This document shows positions 50,200 through 59,341 of a stretch of 64,000 nucleotides of DNA, in pieces. Every line of letters starts with the position of its first letter. Within the stretch, counting starts at the first letter, position 1. This stretch comes from an uncultured Chloroflexia bacterium. GTDB taxonomy: Bacteria > Chloroflexota > Limnocylindria > Limnocylindrales > CSP1-4. A program made the position numbers and the translations under genes. Under the pieces are notes generated by a model, which saw only the letters and a program-made list of their open reading frames with translations, did not search any database and had not been told where the DNA came from. The stretch lies in contig CAVVNQ010000003.1 of assembly GCA_963749705.1 (NCBI GenBank), forward strand, positions 352,001-416,000, written 5' to 3'.

Positions 50200-51491
50200 C
50201 CCGCGATGCCGCGGTCGCCGCGCCCGGTCGTCGCGCCGTGGTGCTCGTCGCCAACCCGGCAGCGCCCTACTCGCGTGGGCTGCGGATCGCGCGGAGCCTG
50301 GTCGCCGAGGGCTACGCGACGGAGATCGCCGCCGTCGCCGTGGACGGGCTGCCGATCGAGGAGCGGGATGGGGAGATCGTGATCCGCCGCTACGCCCCGA
50401 CCGGACGTCTCGCTCCGCTCGCTGCGACGTACGGTGGGGGACCCGCCAGCGTGGAGACGGGACGCACGCGTGTGGTGAAGAGCCGGATCGTGCGCCGCCT
50501 CGGGGCGATCTGGCGCTGGATGCTCTGGCCGCACACGGTCCGAGGCTGGTGGTCGACGCTCGACCGGGACCTGCCGGCGGCGGACCTGTACCACGCCTGC
50601 GGGAGCCTGACGCTCGCCCCGGCTCTGCGAGCTGCCGGGTCCGCCCGCCGGCGTGGACGGCGTGGCCTGGTCATCTACGACGCGATCGACAACGTGTTCG
50701 AGGGTAACAACGTGCTCGACATGCCGGCTCCGTTCCGGCGTCTGCACGCGTCCCGGGAGCGCCGCTGGGCGCGCCGTGCCGATGCCCGCATCAGCGTCAA
50801 CGAGGCGCTCGCCCAACGGCTGGCGAGTCGATGGCAGGTGCCCCCGATCCTCTCAGTGCCGAACTATCCGGAGCCATGGGCGAGCCGTGGCGAGCCTCGG
50901 GACCGGATCCGGCTGGCACTCGGCCTCGCACCCGAGATGCGCATCGTCCTGTTCCAGGGCCGCCTTGGCCCTCGGCTGGGGCTGGATGAGGCCGCCGAGG
51001 CGGTGCTGGAGATCGAGGACGCCTGCCTGGTGCTGCTGGGGTTCGGTCGCTGGGCCGAGCGGATGCGCGAGCGCGATCGCAGCACCAGGTACGCGGGCCG
51101 ACAGTTCACCCTGCCCGCCGTTCACCCGGACGAGCTGCCGGACTGGACGGCGTCGGCCGACGTGGCGTTGGTGACCCTGCCACCCGTCTCGGTCAACCAG
51201 CGCGAATCGACGCCCAACAAGTTCTGGGAGGCGCTGCTGGTCGGGACCCCGATCGTGTTGGGGCCAGGGCTGGACCTGATGGCCGGGATCGTCACCGAGC
51301 TGCATGCGGGTGTCGTAGCAGCCTCCCTCGAGCCGTCTGCGATCGCGGCTGCGATCAGGTCCATCCTCGACGAGCCGGCAGACGCGCGGGCAGCGGATCG
51401 CCGTCGTGTCTCGGCAGTCGCCCACGAGCGGTACACCTGGCCACGTGCGGCGGCCGGGTACCGGCAGCTGGTCCGGGACCTGGCGGGCTGA
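50196..51491 (+). CDS. GT4 glycosyltransferase
   Basis: YDAID and TPNKFWEALLVGTPIV; GTGA overlap with the upstream stop. Confidence 0.88.
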   Translation: MTRDAAVAAPGRRAVVLVANPAAPYSRGLRIARSLVAEGYATEIAAVAVDGLPIEERDGEIVIRRYAPTGRLAPLAATYGGGPASVETGRTRVVKSRIVRRLGAIWRWMLWPHTVRGWWSTLDRDLPAADLYHACGSLTLAPALRAAGSARRRGRRGLVIYDAIDNVFEGNNVLDMPAPFRRLHASRERRWARRADARISVNEALAQRLASRWQVPPILSVPNYPEPWASRGEPRDRIRLALGLAPEMRIVLFQGRLGPRLGLDEAAEAVLEIEDACLVLLGFGRWAERMRERDRSTRYAGRQFTLPAVHPDELPDWTASADVALVTLPPVSVNQRESTPNKFWEALLVGTPIVLGPGLDLMAGIVTELHAGVVAASLEPSAIAAAIRSILDEPADARAADRRRVSAVAHERYTWPRAAAGYRQLVRDLAG

Positions 51492-51525
51492 TCGCGCCGC
51501 GGCCACCGCGCCGCGCGCCGGGCCA

Positions 51526-51546
51526 TCGCGCCGGGGCCCGGCGCGA
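51526..51546. terminator. inverted repeat between convergent genes
   Basis: TCGCGCCGGG-G-CCCGGCGCGA, with no U tract. Confidence 0.4.
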
Positions 51547-51549
51547 CTG

Positions 51550-52407
51550 CTACCCGCGGACGATCCCCAGGCGACGGAGCAGGCGCCGCGCCGGCTGCGT
51601 CAGTCCGAGCCTTCGGGCCACCCCGCGCGCAAGGGTCATCGGGCGAGCAACGCGGCGCAGCCGCCGGACCAGCGGGCCGGCCGACAGCGGCTCCCTCGGT
51701 CGAGAGACCGGCTCATCGGACAGCTGCCAGCTCACCCAGAAGGATCGGAAGCCCATCTGCTCCTTGAAGAAGCGGAGACCCTCGGTGCCTGACGCGTGCA
51801 TGTTGTACATGGCGTACCTGGTCCCGGCGACGGCAATCATGTCTCGCAGCGTCTCGGAGACGAGCAGGTACATCACTCCCGAGGCGAGGTGATCACCATG
51901 CCCGAGGATCGTGGAGAACAGGCACATCTCGCCGACCTGGTAGAGCCACGTATAGGCGATCAGCCGGTCATCACGGAACACGCCGTAGGTGCGGATCTGG
52001 TGCCGGGGGCATCCATAGGCAGGGAGCGGCCCGTAGGGTCCCGGGCGCTGCAGGTACGGCTCCTTCATCGGCCGGCCCTGGCGCTCCGACATCGAGGTAT
52101 TGATCTCGAAGATGTCGTCCAGGTATCGGTCACGGTCCACCGGGCCGAAGGTGTAGCCCTCCTTCTGGGCCTTGCGAACCTTCCGCCGGGTCCCGTAGCC
52201 GGCGGGCCCATTCCAGTAGTCGTCGAACGTGGCCGGCAGGACGAGGATCGAGGCACCGTCCTGGTAGGCCCCGTGCCAGCTCGCCCTTGGCCCCGGCGTC
52301 ATGAACTTGGCATGCAGCTGATCGGCGAGCTCCGTACAGGCGGGGTCCGGGGTGTCCCCGCGCAAGAAGCTGATCGTCAGTTCGGGGTCGTGCGGGCTGG
52401 CAGCCAA
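51550..52407 (-). CDS. GNAT/FemAB-like acyltransferase
   Basis: RRKVRKAQKEG, LIAY, GVMYLL and GLRFFKEQMGF; start uncertain (TTG). Confidence 0.7.
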   Translation of the reverse strand: MAASPHDPELTISFLRGDTPDPACTELADQLHAKFMTPGPRASWHGAYQDGASILVLPATFDDYWNGPAGYGTRRKVRKAQKEGYTFGPVDRDRYLDDIFEINTSMSERQGRPMKEPYLQRPGPYGPLPAYGCPRHQIRTYGVFRDDRLIAYTWLYQVGEMCLFSTILGHGDHLASGVMYLLVSETLRDMIAVAGTRYAMYNMHASGTEGLRFFKEQMGFRSFWVSWQLSDEPVSRPREPLSAGPLVRRLRRVARPMTLARGVARRLGLTQPARRLLRRLGIVRG

Positions 52408-54155
52408 TCCGCTAATCCCTTCTCGAGTGCGACCTGGATCATCTTGCGGTAGGTGGGTCCGGTGAAATGGAGCGTCTGTCCGGGGCCTGAGCTGCCCATG
52501 TCGTCCGGCTCGAGCTCGGCGTCGTGGACGTCGCCCAGGTAGACCTTGGGCACGGCCCGCTCGAGCTCGAGGCCCAGCCGGCGGAATTCGCCACGCGGAG
52601 CCAGCCGCGAGTAGTAGGCGATCGGCTGGTTGAGATACAGGACGGGGATGTCGCCGTTGGCCGCCCGGTACTGCTCGATCAGCCGGATGTGGATCTCGAG
52701 CGACTCCTCGAGCGACAGCTGGCCCACGGGCTCGAACTCGCGCTCGAAGGCTTCGCGGTCGCGGAGGTGCCTGGCATGGATCCACAGCTTCCAGCCCAGC
52801 TTGCGGTGACGCCACGCGGCGAAGTTCATGTCGGCGTAGTTGTCCATCACCAGCAGCCGTCCCGCCGTCTCGCCGAGCGTCGCTCGTTCGACCTGGCCCA
52901 GGGCGTAATGGCGGAGACTGCCCGTCATCGAGTCCACGTCCAGGTACCGGCGGATATCGTCGGTGGTCGGGGACCCGACCGAGAGGTGGTCGAGGAAGAA
53001 GTCCGTGCGCGCCTTCTCGTCGCGGACCATGACCGGGTTGCCGCCGAACAGGTCGCGGTTCATGTTGATCGCGCGGCGCGAGCAGCAATCGCCTCGCACA
53101 ACGATCCGCATCGGCTCTGCGGTCGGGTCGCCGGCTGCTGCCGCGGCGATCTCGTCCGGTGTCGCCTCGATGACGGTGGGCCGAGGGCTGAACGCCTCGC
53201 CAGAGAGCGCCCACCAGACCGGGTGGGCAAGCACCTGGAGGTAGCCGCCCTCGCGCCGGAACTGGTCGTCGATCCCGGCGTACGGCACGTTCCACTTGCC
53301 GCCGGTGTCGGAGAGGTAGAGCGTGTGACCGATCGCATTCGCCTCGTGGTCGAGCCCCAGGTCCGCCATCGGGACCGGAGCCAGTTGCAACTGACGGGTG
53401 GTGCGCGTCGATGGGTCGTTCCACTCCAGCAGGCGATCCGGTGGCCCGAGCTGCGGAGCCGGGCAGTCGGTGAACATCTCGTAGTTCACGTAGCCGACCA
53501 CGTGGCACAGCGGATCGCCGTGGGCGACGGTCCCGGTGATCTCGAACCCGTGCCGACGGAGCGCGCTGAGCACTCGGTCCAGGACTCGGACGGGATCCTG
53601 CCCGGTGCGCAGGGCGACGGTCAGTGCGTTGTTGTGGACGCCGATCTCGTGGCCGAGGGATGCGATGCGGTCCAGCGCCTGCAGCACGAACGGGGACGGC
53701 GACCCATCGGGCGCATCGCCCCAATACCAGTCTGAGTGAAGAACGTAGTAGGTGCTCCGCCAGCCCCTGGCCGCCTCCCACTCCGCGAATCGAACCGCAT
53801 TCTCAAGGTCGTGGTCCATGTCGTGTCGCAGGGCGATCATCCGTTCGCCCCAGTCGTCACGCCTTGCCCACGCCTCCCGGACCGGCAGCACGTCATCGGC
53901 CGTGCAGAGCAGGTCGGCGAGGCGCTCGAGATCACGCTCGCCGTACGTGCGCTTCCGAGCGAGCGCCGCTCGCTTGTCCGCGAGCAGCCGATCCGGTATG
54001 CCGAGCGTCCGCGACTGCGGCAGCCTCGCGGCGGTCGCCTCCACGAACCGGTCGATACGCCGGTTGACCGCCCTGAGGACGCGTCTGGCGAGTCGGTACA
54101 TGTCGCCCAGCGGTCGACGCAGCACCCCCGGAAGGCGCCTGGCCAGCGCGCGCAT
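52377..54155 (-). CDS. polysaccharide deacetylase-like domain fused to an uncharacterised (SGNH-like?) domain
   Basis: ALRHDMDHD, STYY, GHEIGVH, AHG, YLSD-GGKW and LAHPVWW; second domain IVVRGDCCSR...VMDNYAD. Confidence 0.75.
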   Translation of the reverse strand: MRALARRLPGVLRRPLGDMYRLARRVLRAVNRRIDRFVEATAARLPQSRTLGIPDRLLADKRAALARKRTYGERDLERLADLLCTADDVLPVREAWARRDDWGERMIALRHDMDHDLENAVRFAEWEAARGWRSTYYVLHSDWYWGDAPDGSPSPFVLQALDRIASLGHEIGVHNNALTVALRTGQDPVRVLDRVLSALRRHGFEITGTVAHGDPLCHVVGYVNYEMFTDCPAPQLGPPDRLLEWNDPSTRTTRQLQLAPVPMADLGLDHEANAIGHTLYLSDTGGKWNVPYAGIDDQFRREGGYLQVLAHPVWWALSGEAFSPRPTVIEATPDEIAAAAAGDPTAEPMRIVVRGDCCSRRAINMNRDLFGGNPVMVRDEKARTDFFLDHLSVGSPTTDDIRRYLDVDSMTGSLRHYALGQVERATLGETAGRLLVMDNYADMNFAAWRHRKLGWKLWIHARHLRDREAFEREFEPVGQLSLEESLEIHIRLIEQYRAANGDIPVLYLNQPIAYYSRLAPRGEFRRLGLELERAVPKVYLGDVHDAELEPDDMGSSGPGQTLHFTGPTYRKMIQVALEKGLADWLPARTTPN

Positions 54156-54168
54156 CACGGCATGATGC

Positions 54169-55008
54169 TCAGAGTCGAGGCCCCAGGGCCTCGGGCACGG
54201 CGGCCCGGGCTGCGGCGATCGCGGCCGCCCTCGCGGCCCGGTCGCGCTCACTGTGCTCCTCGTGGATCCTCACCACCTCCGCCGGATCCCCCTCGGCAAT
54301 GAGCTGACCCTTCTCCAGGAGCAGCGCACGATTGCAGAACTCGGTCACCCAGTTCATGTCGTGGGTCACCAGCACCACGGCCTTCGCCGCCGCAGCGATC
54401 TCGAGAACGCGAGCCTTGCTCTTGGCACGGAATGCCTGGTCTCCGGTGGCCAGGACCTCGTCGAGCAGCAGCACATCGGGGTCCACGGACGTGGCGATGC
54501 TGAAGCCCAGGCGGGCCCGCATCCCGGCCGAGTATGTCTTGATCGGCGCATCGATGAACTGGCCAAGGTCAGCGAATTCGATAACGCCTGGCAAGCGACG
54601 CGCCATCTCCCTCGAGTCCATTCCCAGGAACGCCCCGGCAAGGAGGATGTTCTGACGGCCGGTCAGCTCCTGGTCGAACCCGGCCCCCAGCGTCAGCAGG
54701 CTCGAGATCTGCCCACGAACGAACACGGAGCCGGCCGACGGCGTGATGATCCCGGCCAGCAGCTGCAGCAGCGTGCTCTTGCCGGCGCCGTTCGGGCCGA
54801 TGACGGCCAGCGACTCCCCATGCACGAGGTTGAACGACACGTCGCGGAGCGCCCAGAAGTCCCGAGCGCCGCGTTGCAGGCGGAGATTCCGGAATGACTG
54901 CCGAAGCGTGTTCCGGCGCGTCAGCCGCAGGTCGTACTTCACGCCGACGCCACGGGCTTCGATGGCCGGCAGCGGATCTGCCTGAGACGGAGGGGCGAGG
55001 GTGTTCAC
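54169..55008 (-). CDS. wzt: polysaccharide export ABC transporter ATPase (Wzt/TagH-type)
   Basis: FWALRDVSF, GPNGAGKS, YSAGMRARLGF and LLLDEVLATGD. Confidence 0.93.
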   Translation of the reverse strand: MNTLAPPSQADPLPAIEARGVGVKYDLRLTRRNTLRQSFRNLRLQRGARDFWALRDVSFNLVHGESLAVIGPNGAGKSTLLQLLAGIITPSAGSVFVRGQISSLLTLGAGFDQELTGRQNILLAGAFLGMDSREMARRLPGVIEFADLGQFIDAPIKTYSAGMRARLGFSIATSVDPDVLLLDEVLATGDQAFRAKSKARVLEIAAAAKAVVLVTHDMNWVTEFCNRALLLEKGQLIAEGDPAEVVRIHEEHSERDRAARAAAIAAARAAVPEALGPRL

Positions 55009-55901
55009 AGGACCTTCGCGAAGGTGGGTTCGATCCGCTTGAAGAAGATCGTCGCGGCGATGAGGAGCACGAACGACACCACGAGCACGCCGGCCAGCGC
55101 GGACCAGTCCGGGGCCATCGGTGGCAGCGAGCCTCCGTTCGCGGTCTCCCTTCCGTAGATCACCTCGCGGTAGGCCGTGAACAGCGTGTAGAACGGGTTG
55201 AGCCCGATGAACCGGTACAGGGACGGGTGGGATTCCGCGAGGCTTGCGATCGTGAGCGAGCCGTACAGTCCGGGCGATAGGTAGAACCAGAGGCGCAGGA
55301 GGTGGCGACTCAGGTTGCCCACGTCCCGGTAGAACACGTTGACGGCAGCGACGACGTAACCCAGCGCGGCCGTGAACACGAGCTGGACGACGGCGATGGC
55401 CGGCACGAACAGGAGGTTGGCCGACAGCTTCTCCGGGTAGAACAGGACCATCAGGCCGAGCAGCGGGATCATCCCGAACGCGAAGTTGACGATGCCCGAG
55501 GCAAAGGCAGCGGTGGGCAGCACGAGCTTCGGAAAATGCACCTGCTTGATCAGTCGATCCTGCGCCGAGACCGAGGTGATCGCATCGCCGATCGAGCTCG
55601 TGAACCACTTCCATGGCAGGATCGCCGCGAACACGAACAGCGGGTATGCCTCGGTCTTCCGCTGGAAGATCACGGACACCAGGATCACGTAGACCAGCAT
55701 CTGGAGCAGCGGGTCGAGCACCCACCAGAGGTTGCCGAGGAGGCTGTCGGCGCCCTTCTTCTTGAGGTCAGCCTGGACCAGATAGCGGACCAGCTGGCGG
55801 CGGGACCAGAGCTCCGAGAATGCCTCTCGGATGAGCCCTGCGGGTCCCGGCCGGATGGCGCTGCTGCTGTACGTCGGGACGGCCCCGCGAGCGGTCGACA
55901 T
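55005..55901 (-). CDS. wzm: polysaccharide export ABC transporter permease (Wzm/TagG-type)
   Basis: SLLGNLWWVLDP, LIKQVHFP, YRD, FYLSP and LNP. Confidence 0.93.
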   Translation of the reverse strand: MSTARGAVPTYSSSAIRPGPAGLIREAFSELWSRRQLVRYLVQADLKKKGADSLLGNLWWVLDPLLQMLVYVILVSVIFQRKTEAYPLFVFAAILPWKWFTSSIGDAITSVSAQDRLIKQVHFPKLVLPTAAFASGIVNFAFGMIPLLGLMVLFYPEKLSANLLFVPAIAVVQLVFTAALGYVVAAVNVFYRDVGNLSRHLLRLWFYLSPGLYGSLTIASLAESHPSLYRFIGLNPFYTLFTAYREVIYGRETANGGSLPPMAPDWSALAGVLVVSFVLLIAATIFFKRIEPTFAKVL

Positions 55902-56031
55902 GACCGAGGTACGTTAGCACGGGGGGTGCCTCGAGCCTGTGCCCGGGCGCGAGGGCGCGGCTCCACCGCCTGCGTGTCGGACCGGCCCGCCTGTGAGCGG
56001 CTGCGGGAGCGCCCGGAGGTAGCATGCGGCC

Positions 56032-57996
56032 ATGCCTCCGCCGCCCACGCCCGACCCCTGGTATCGAACTGGGCGCTCCGGGCTGCACGTGCTCATTGCC
56101 ACACGCTGGTACCCGGCGTTCGATGCGCCCGGTCGTGGCATCTTCGTGGCCGACCAGGCAGCGGCGCTGGCGGCTGCTGGGATGAGGGTCAGCGTCGCGG
56201 CGTGGGAGGCTGCCGTCGGCCACGGCACGTTCGCGCGTGCCGTCGGCTCTGGTGCCGGGATGCGGCCGTGGCTGGACGCGATCGAGACCCGCGCGACGGC
56301 CGTCCCTCCCGCGGCGTGGGGAGCGGCAGGGGTTCCTGTTGCGCGCCTGCCCGCCGCGGTGGCGCCCGGGGCGCTGTCCGACCCTTTGGCGGCGGCCGAG
56401 CAACAGTCTGAGGTCCTCCTCCGCTATGGCCTGCGACTGGCCGCGAGGCAACCCATCGATGTGATCCACGCACATACCGGGATCCCGGACGGGATTGCCT
56501 CGATCGCGCTCGCGGACCGCCTCGGCGTCCCGCTCGTCGTGACCGAGCACGACCGATCGCTGCAGACGAGACTGAAGCAGGCGTCCATGCGCATCGCGTA
56601 CCGCCGCCTGCTCCAGCCCGGGCGCCGCCTCGTGGCCGTGAGCCACACCCTGCAGCGGCAGCTGGCGGAGGCGCTCAGCGTCCCCGTCGAGTGGATCGAG
56701 GTCGTGCCGAACGTCGTGGACGTCGAAACCTTCCGGGCGATCCCCGTCGACGCCCGTGATCCTGACGAGCTGCTGTGGGTCGGTGCGCGGAAGGAGAACA
56801 AGGGGACGGACGTCCTGCTGGCGGCGTTCCGCGACCTGCACCTCCGTGCGCCGGCGCTCCGCCTCCGGATGATCGGACGAGCCCCGAGCGAGGCGGAGGA
56901 GGCCCGCCTGCACGCGTTCGCCGAGACGCTAGGTGTCGCGGACGCGATCTCGTGGGAGCCGGACATGGACCGTGATGGTGTCGCCGCCGCGATGGGGCGC
57001 GCCGCGGTGTTCGTCCATCCAAGCCCGTACGAGACCTTCGGGGTGGTCGCCGCCGAGGCGCTGGCCGCCGGCCTGCCCGTCGCGGCGACGCCATCGGGCG
57101 GGGTTCCCGAGATCCTGGGTGATGACGGCCGGTGCGGCGCCGTCGCCACGGGGACGGACGCGGCAGCCCTCGCCGATGCCGTTCGCGACGTCCTCCGTCG
57201 CCGCATGACCTTCGACGCCGGTGCCCTGCGCGCCAGGGTGGTCGATCGATACGCTCCGGCATCCGTGGCGCAGCAGCTCATGGACGTCTACGCGGGCGTC
57301 CAGGTGGTCGCGGCTCCCGGATCCCCGAAAGCGCCGGGGACACCGAGATCGGCTGCAGCTCCCGACCCGGCACCGGCTGTCGACCCGTTGCCGTTGATCA
57401 TCGGGCTCCACCGTGCGTCAGCACGCCTGCGGGTCGGGGCCCTGCCGGCGGGGCTTGCCGCAGGGGTCCTGGCGGTCACGTCTCACGATCGCGCGCAGCC
57501 CGGATCCGCGCTGAGCAGCGTTGCTTGCTGGATCGAGATCGATGCCGAGCGCGAGTATCGGGACGCCCTGGCGCGCGTAGGTGGCGCCCGATCACCTGGC
57601 GCCGGCATCGCCCCGTCACCAGCGTCAGGCGGCGCCCGCATCCTCCGTGCGATCCGCAACCCACTCCGGGTAGCCCGTCGACGCGCCATCACATCCCGGC
57701 GCCAGGAGCTGACGCTGAACGCCGTGCGACCGGTGCTGCGCGAGGTTCTCGCCGGGCTCGCCTCGGACGGAAGGCTCGTCGAGGTCCTCCCTCTCGACCT
57801 GGACGACGCGATCGCGATCGAGCCGCTCCTGTCCGATCGCGTCCAGCTCTACCCGTCGACGATCAGGGGCCTTGCGGACCGGTGGGACGCCGCCGGCCGA
57901 CCGCGCGTCGCGCCACCACCATCTGACGTCCTCCGAGCCATCGCCACCGACGGGACCGACTCGCCACTACCGAGCGCCACGGGAGGTGCTGGGTGA
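56032..57996 (+). CDS. GT4 glycosyltransferase with a long C-terminal extension
   Basis: WYP, GIFVADQA, IHAH, TEH and PSPYETFGVVAAEALAAGLPV. Confidence 0.88.
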   Translation: MPPPPTPDPWYRTGRSGLHVLIATRWYPAFDAPGRGIFVADQAAALAAAGMRVSVAAWEAAVGHGTFARAVGSGAGMRPWLDAIETRATAVPPAAWGAAGVPVARLPAAVAPGALSDPLAAAEQQSEVLLRYGLRLAARQPIDVIHAHTGIPDGIASIALADRLGVPLVVTEHDRSLQTRLKQASMRIAYRRLLQPGRRLVAVSHTLQRQLAEALSVPVEWIEVVPNVVDVETFRAIPVDARDPDELLWVGARKENKGTDVLLAAFRDLHLRAPALRLRMIGRAPSEAEEARLHAFAETLGVADAISWEPDMDRDGVAAAMGRAAVFVHPSPYETFGVVAAEALAAGLPVAATPSGGVPEILGDDGRCGAVATGTDAAALADAVRDVLRRRMTFDAGALRARVVDRYAPASVAQQLMDVYAGVQVVAAPGSPKAPGTPRSAAAPDPAPAVDPLPLIIGLHRASARLRVGALPAGLAAGVLAVTSHDRAQPGSALSSVACWIEIDAEREYRDALARVGGARSPGAGIAPSPASGGARILRAIRNPLRVARRRAITSRRQELTLNAVRPVLREVLAGLASDGRLVEVLPLDLDDAIAIEPLLSDRVQLYPSTIRGLADRWDAAGRPRVAPPPSDVLRAIATDGTDSPLPSATGGAG

Positions 57997-59219
57997 TGGT
58001 CCCGCCTCGACCCGTCGCCATGCTCGTCCATGCGTATTACGAGGAGGATCCCCGCGTCCGGCGCGAGGCCGAGGCCGTCGTCGCATCCGGCCGCGACGTC
58101 GACGTGTTCGCGCTCCGCGGCGAGGGCAGCACACGCGACGGGATGCTCGAGGGGGTCCGGATCCGACGCCTCGACGTCCAGCGCCACCAGGGCGCGGGGA
58201 TCGGGACCTACCTGGTCGAGTACGGCGAGTTCCTGGCCCGGGCGATGATCGCCCTGGCCGCGGCCCATCGCCGCCGCCACTACGCGCTCGTCCAGGTCCA
58301 CACCATCCCGGACGCGCTGGTGTTCGCGGCGCTCCCGGAGCGGCTGGCCGGGGTGCCGGTGGTGATCGATCTCCACGAGGCCATGCCGGAGTTCTTCCGG
58401 ATGCGCTTCCCGACGGCGTCGAACCCGGTCGTGCACGCCGCCCTGGTCGCCCAGGAGAAGCTGTCGATCGGGATGGCCAGCGCCGCGATCACGGTCAACG
58501 AGGCGCTCGGCGACCGCCTGATCGCGATGGGGGTGCCCGCGGCCAAGGTGACGATCGTCCGCAACAGCCCCGCGCTGACGCGGTTCGATCCGACGGCCCA
58601 CCCCGTGCGCCCGTTCATGGCCGACGGCGCGCTCCGGCTGGTGTACGCGGGGGCCCTGTCGCACGTGTACGAGCTCGATGTCGTGCTCGATGCGGTCGCC
58701 GCGATCGGGCGTCGCCGCCCCGAGCTCCCGGTCACGCTCGACCTCTACGGTCGCGACTTCGCCGAGGTCCCGCTGCACGACCAGGTGGCCGCGCTCGGTC
58801 TCGGTGACCGGGTGACGTTCCACGGCCGGATCGCGATCGAGGCGGTGCCCGCGGCCCTGGCCGCGGCGGACGTCGGGCTTGCCCCGACGCGCCGGACGGA
58901 GTTCACCGACTTCAGCCTGTCGACCAAGATCCACGAGTACGCCGCCATGGGCAAGCCGGTCGTGGCGTCGAGGCTGCCGATGGTCGAGCGCACGTTCGGC
59001 GCGGGGACCGTGATGTCCTACGCGCCGGGCGACGCGGATGATCTCGCCGCCGCGATCCTCGCCCTGGTCGACGACCCAGCGGACCGCGAGGCGCGGATCG
59101 AGGCGACCGGGAGGATCGTCACCGAGCTCGCCTGGGAGCGCGAATCGCTCCGGTACCTGGCGCTCGTCGAGCGGCTGGCTCGCGACGGCCGTCCGCCGGT
59201 CACGTCGCCGACCGGCTGA
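57993..59219 (+). CDS. GT4 glycosyltransferase
   Basis: DPRVRREAE, DLHE and STKIHEYAAMGKPVV. Confidence 0.9.
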   Translation: MMVPPRPVAMLVHAYYEEDPRVRREAEAVVASGRDVDVFALRGEGSTRDGMLEGVRIRRLDVQRHQGAGIGTYLVEYGEFLARAMIALAAAHRRRHYALVQVHTIPDALVFAALPERLAGVPVVIDLHEAMPEFFRMRFPTASNPVVHAALVAQEKLSIGMASAAITVNEALGDRLIAMGVPAAKVTIVRNSPALTRFDPTAHPVRPFMADGALRLVYAGALSHVYELDVVLDAVAAIGRRRPELPVTLDLYGRDFAEVPLHDQVAALGLGDRVTFHGRIAIEAVPAALAAADVGLAPTRRTEFTDFSLSTKIHEYAAMGKPVVASRLPMVERTFGAGTVMSYAPGDADDLAAAILALVDDPADREARIEATGRIVTELAWERESLRYLALVERLARDGRPPVTSPTG

Positions 59220-59341
59220 ACCGGACCGGCAGGCATCGTCCGCCGGTTCGCGCGCGCGCATGCGGTACCATTGCCCGCCGCGCCGTCCGCACAACCGCCA
59301 CGTCGCAGAGACGGCCCCTGCACCGAGGATTCATCGACCTC

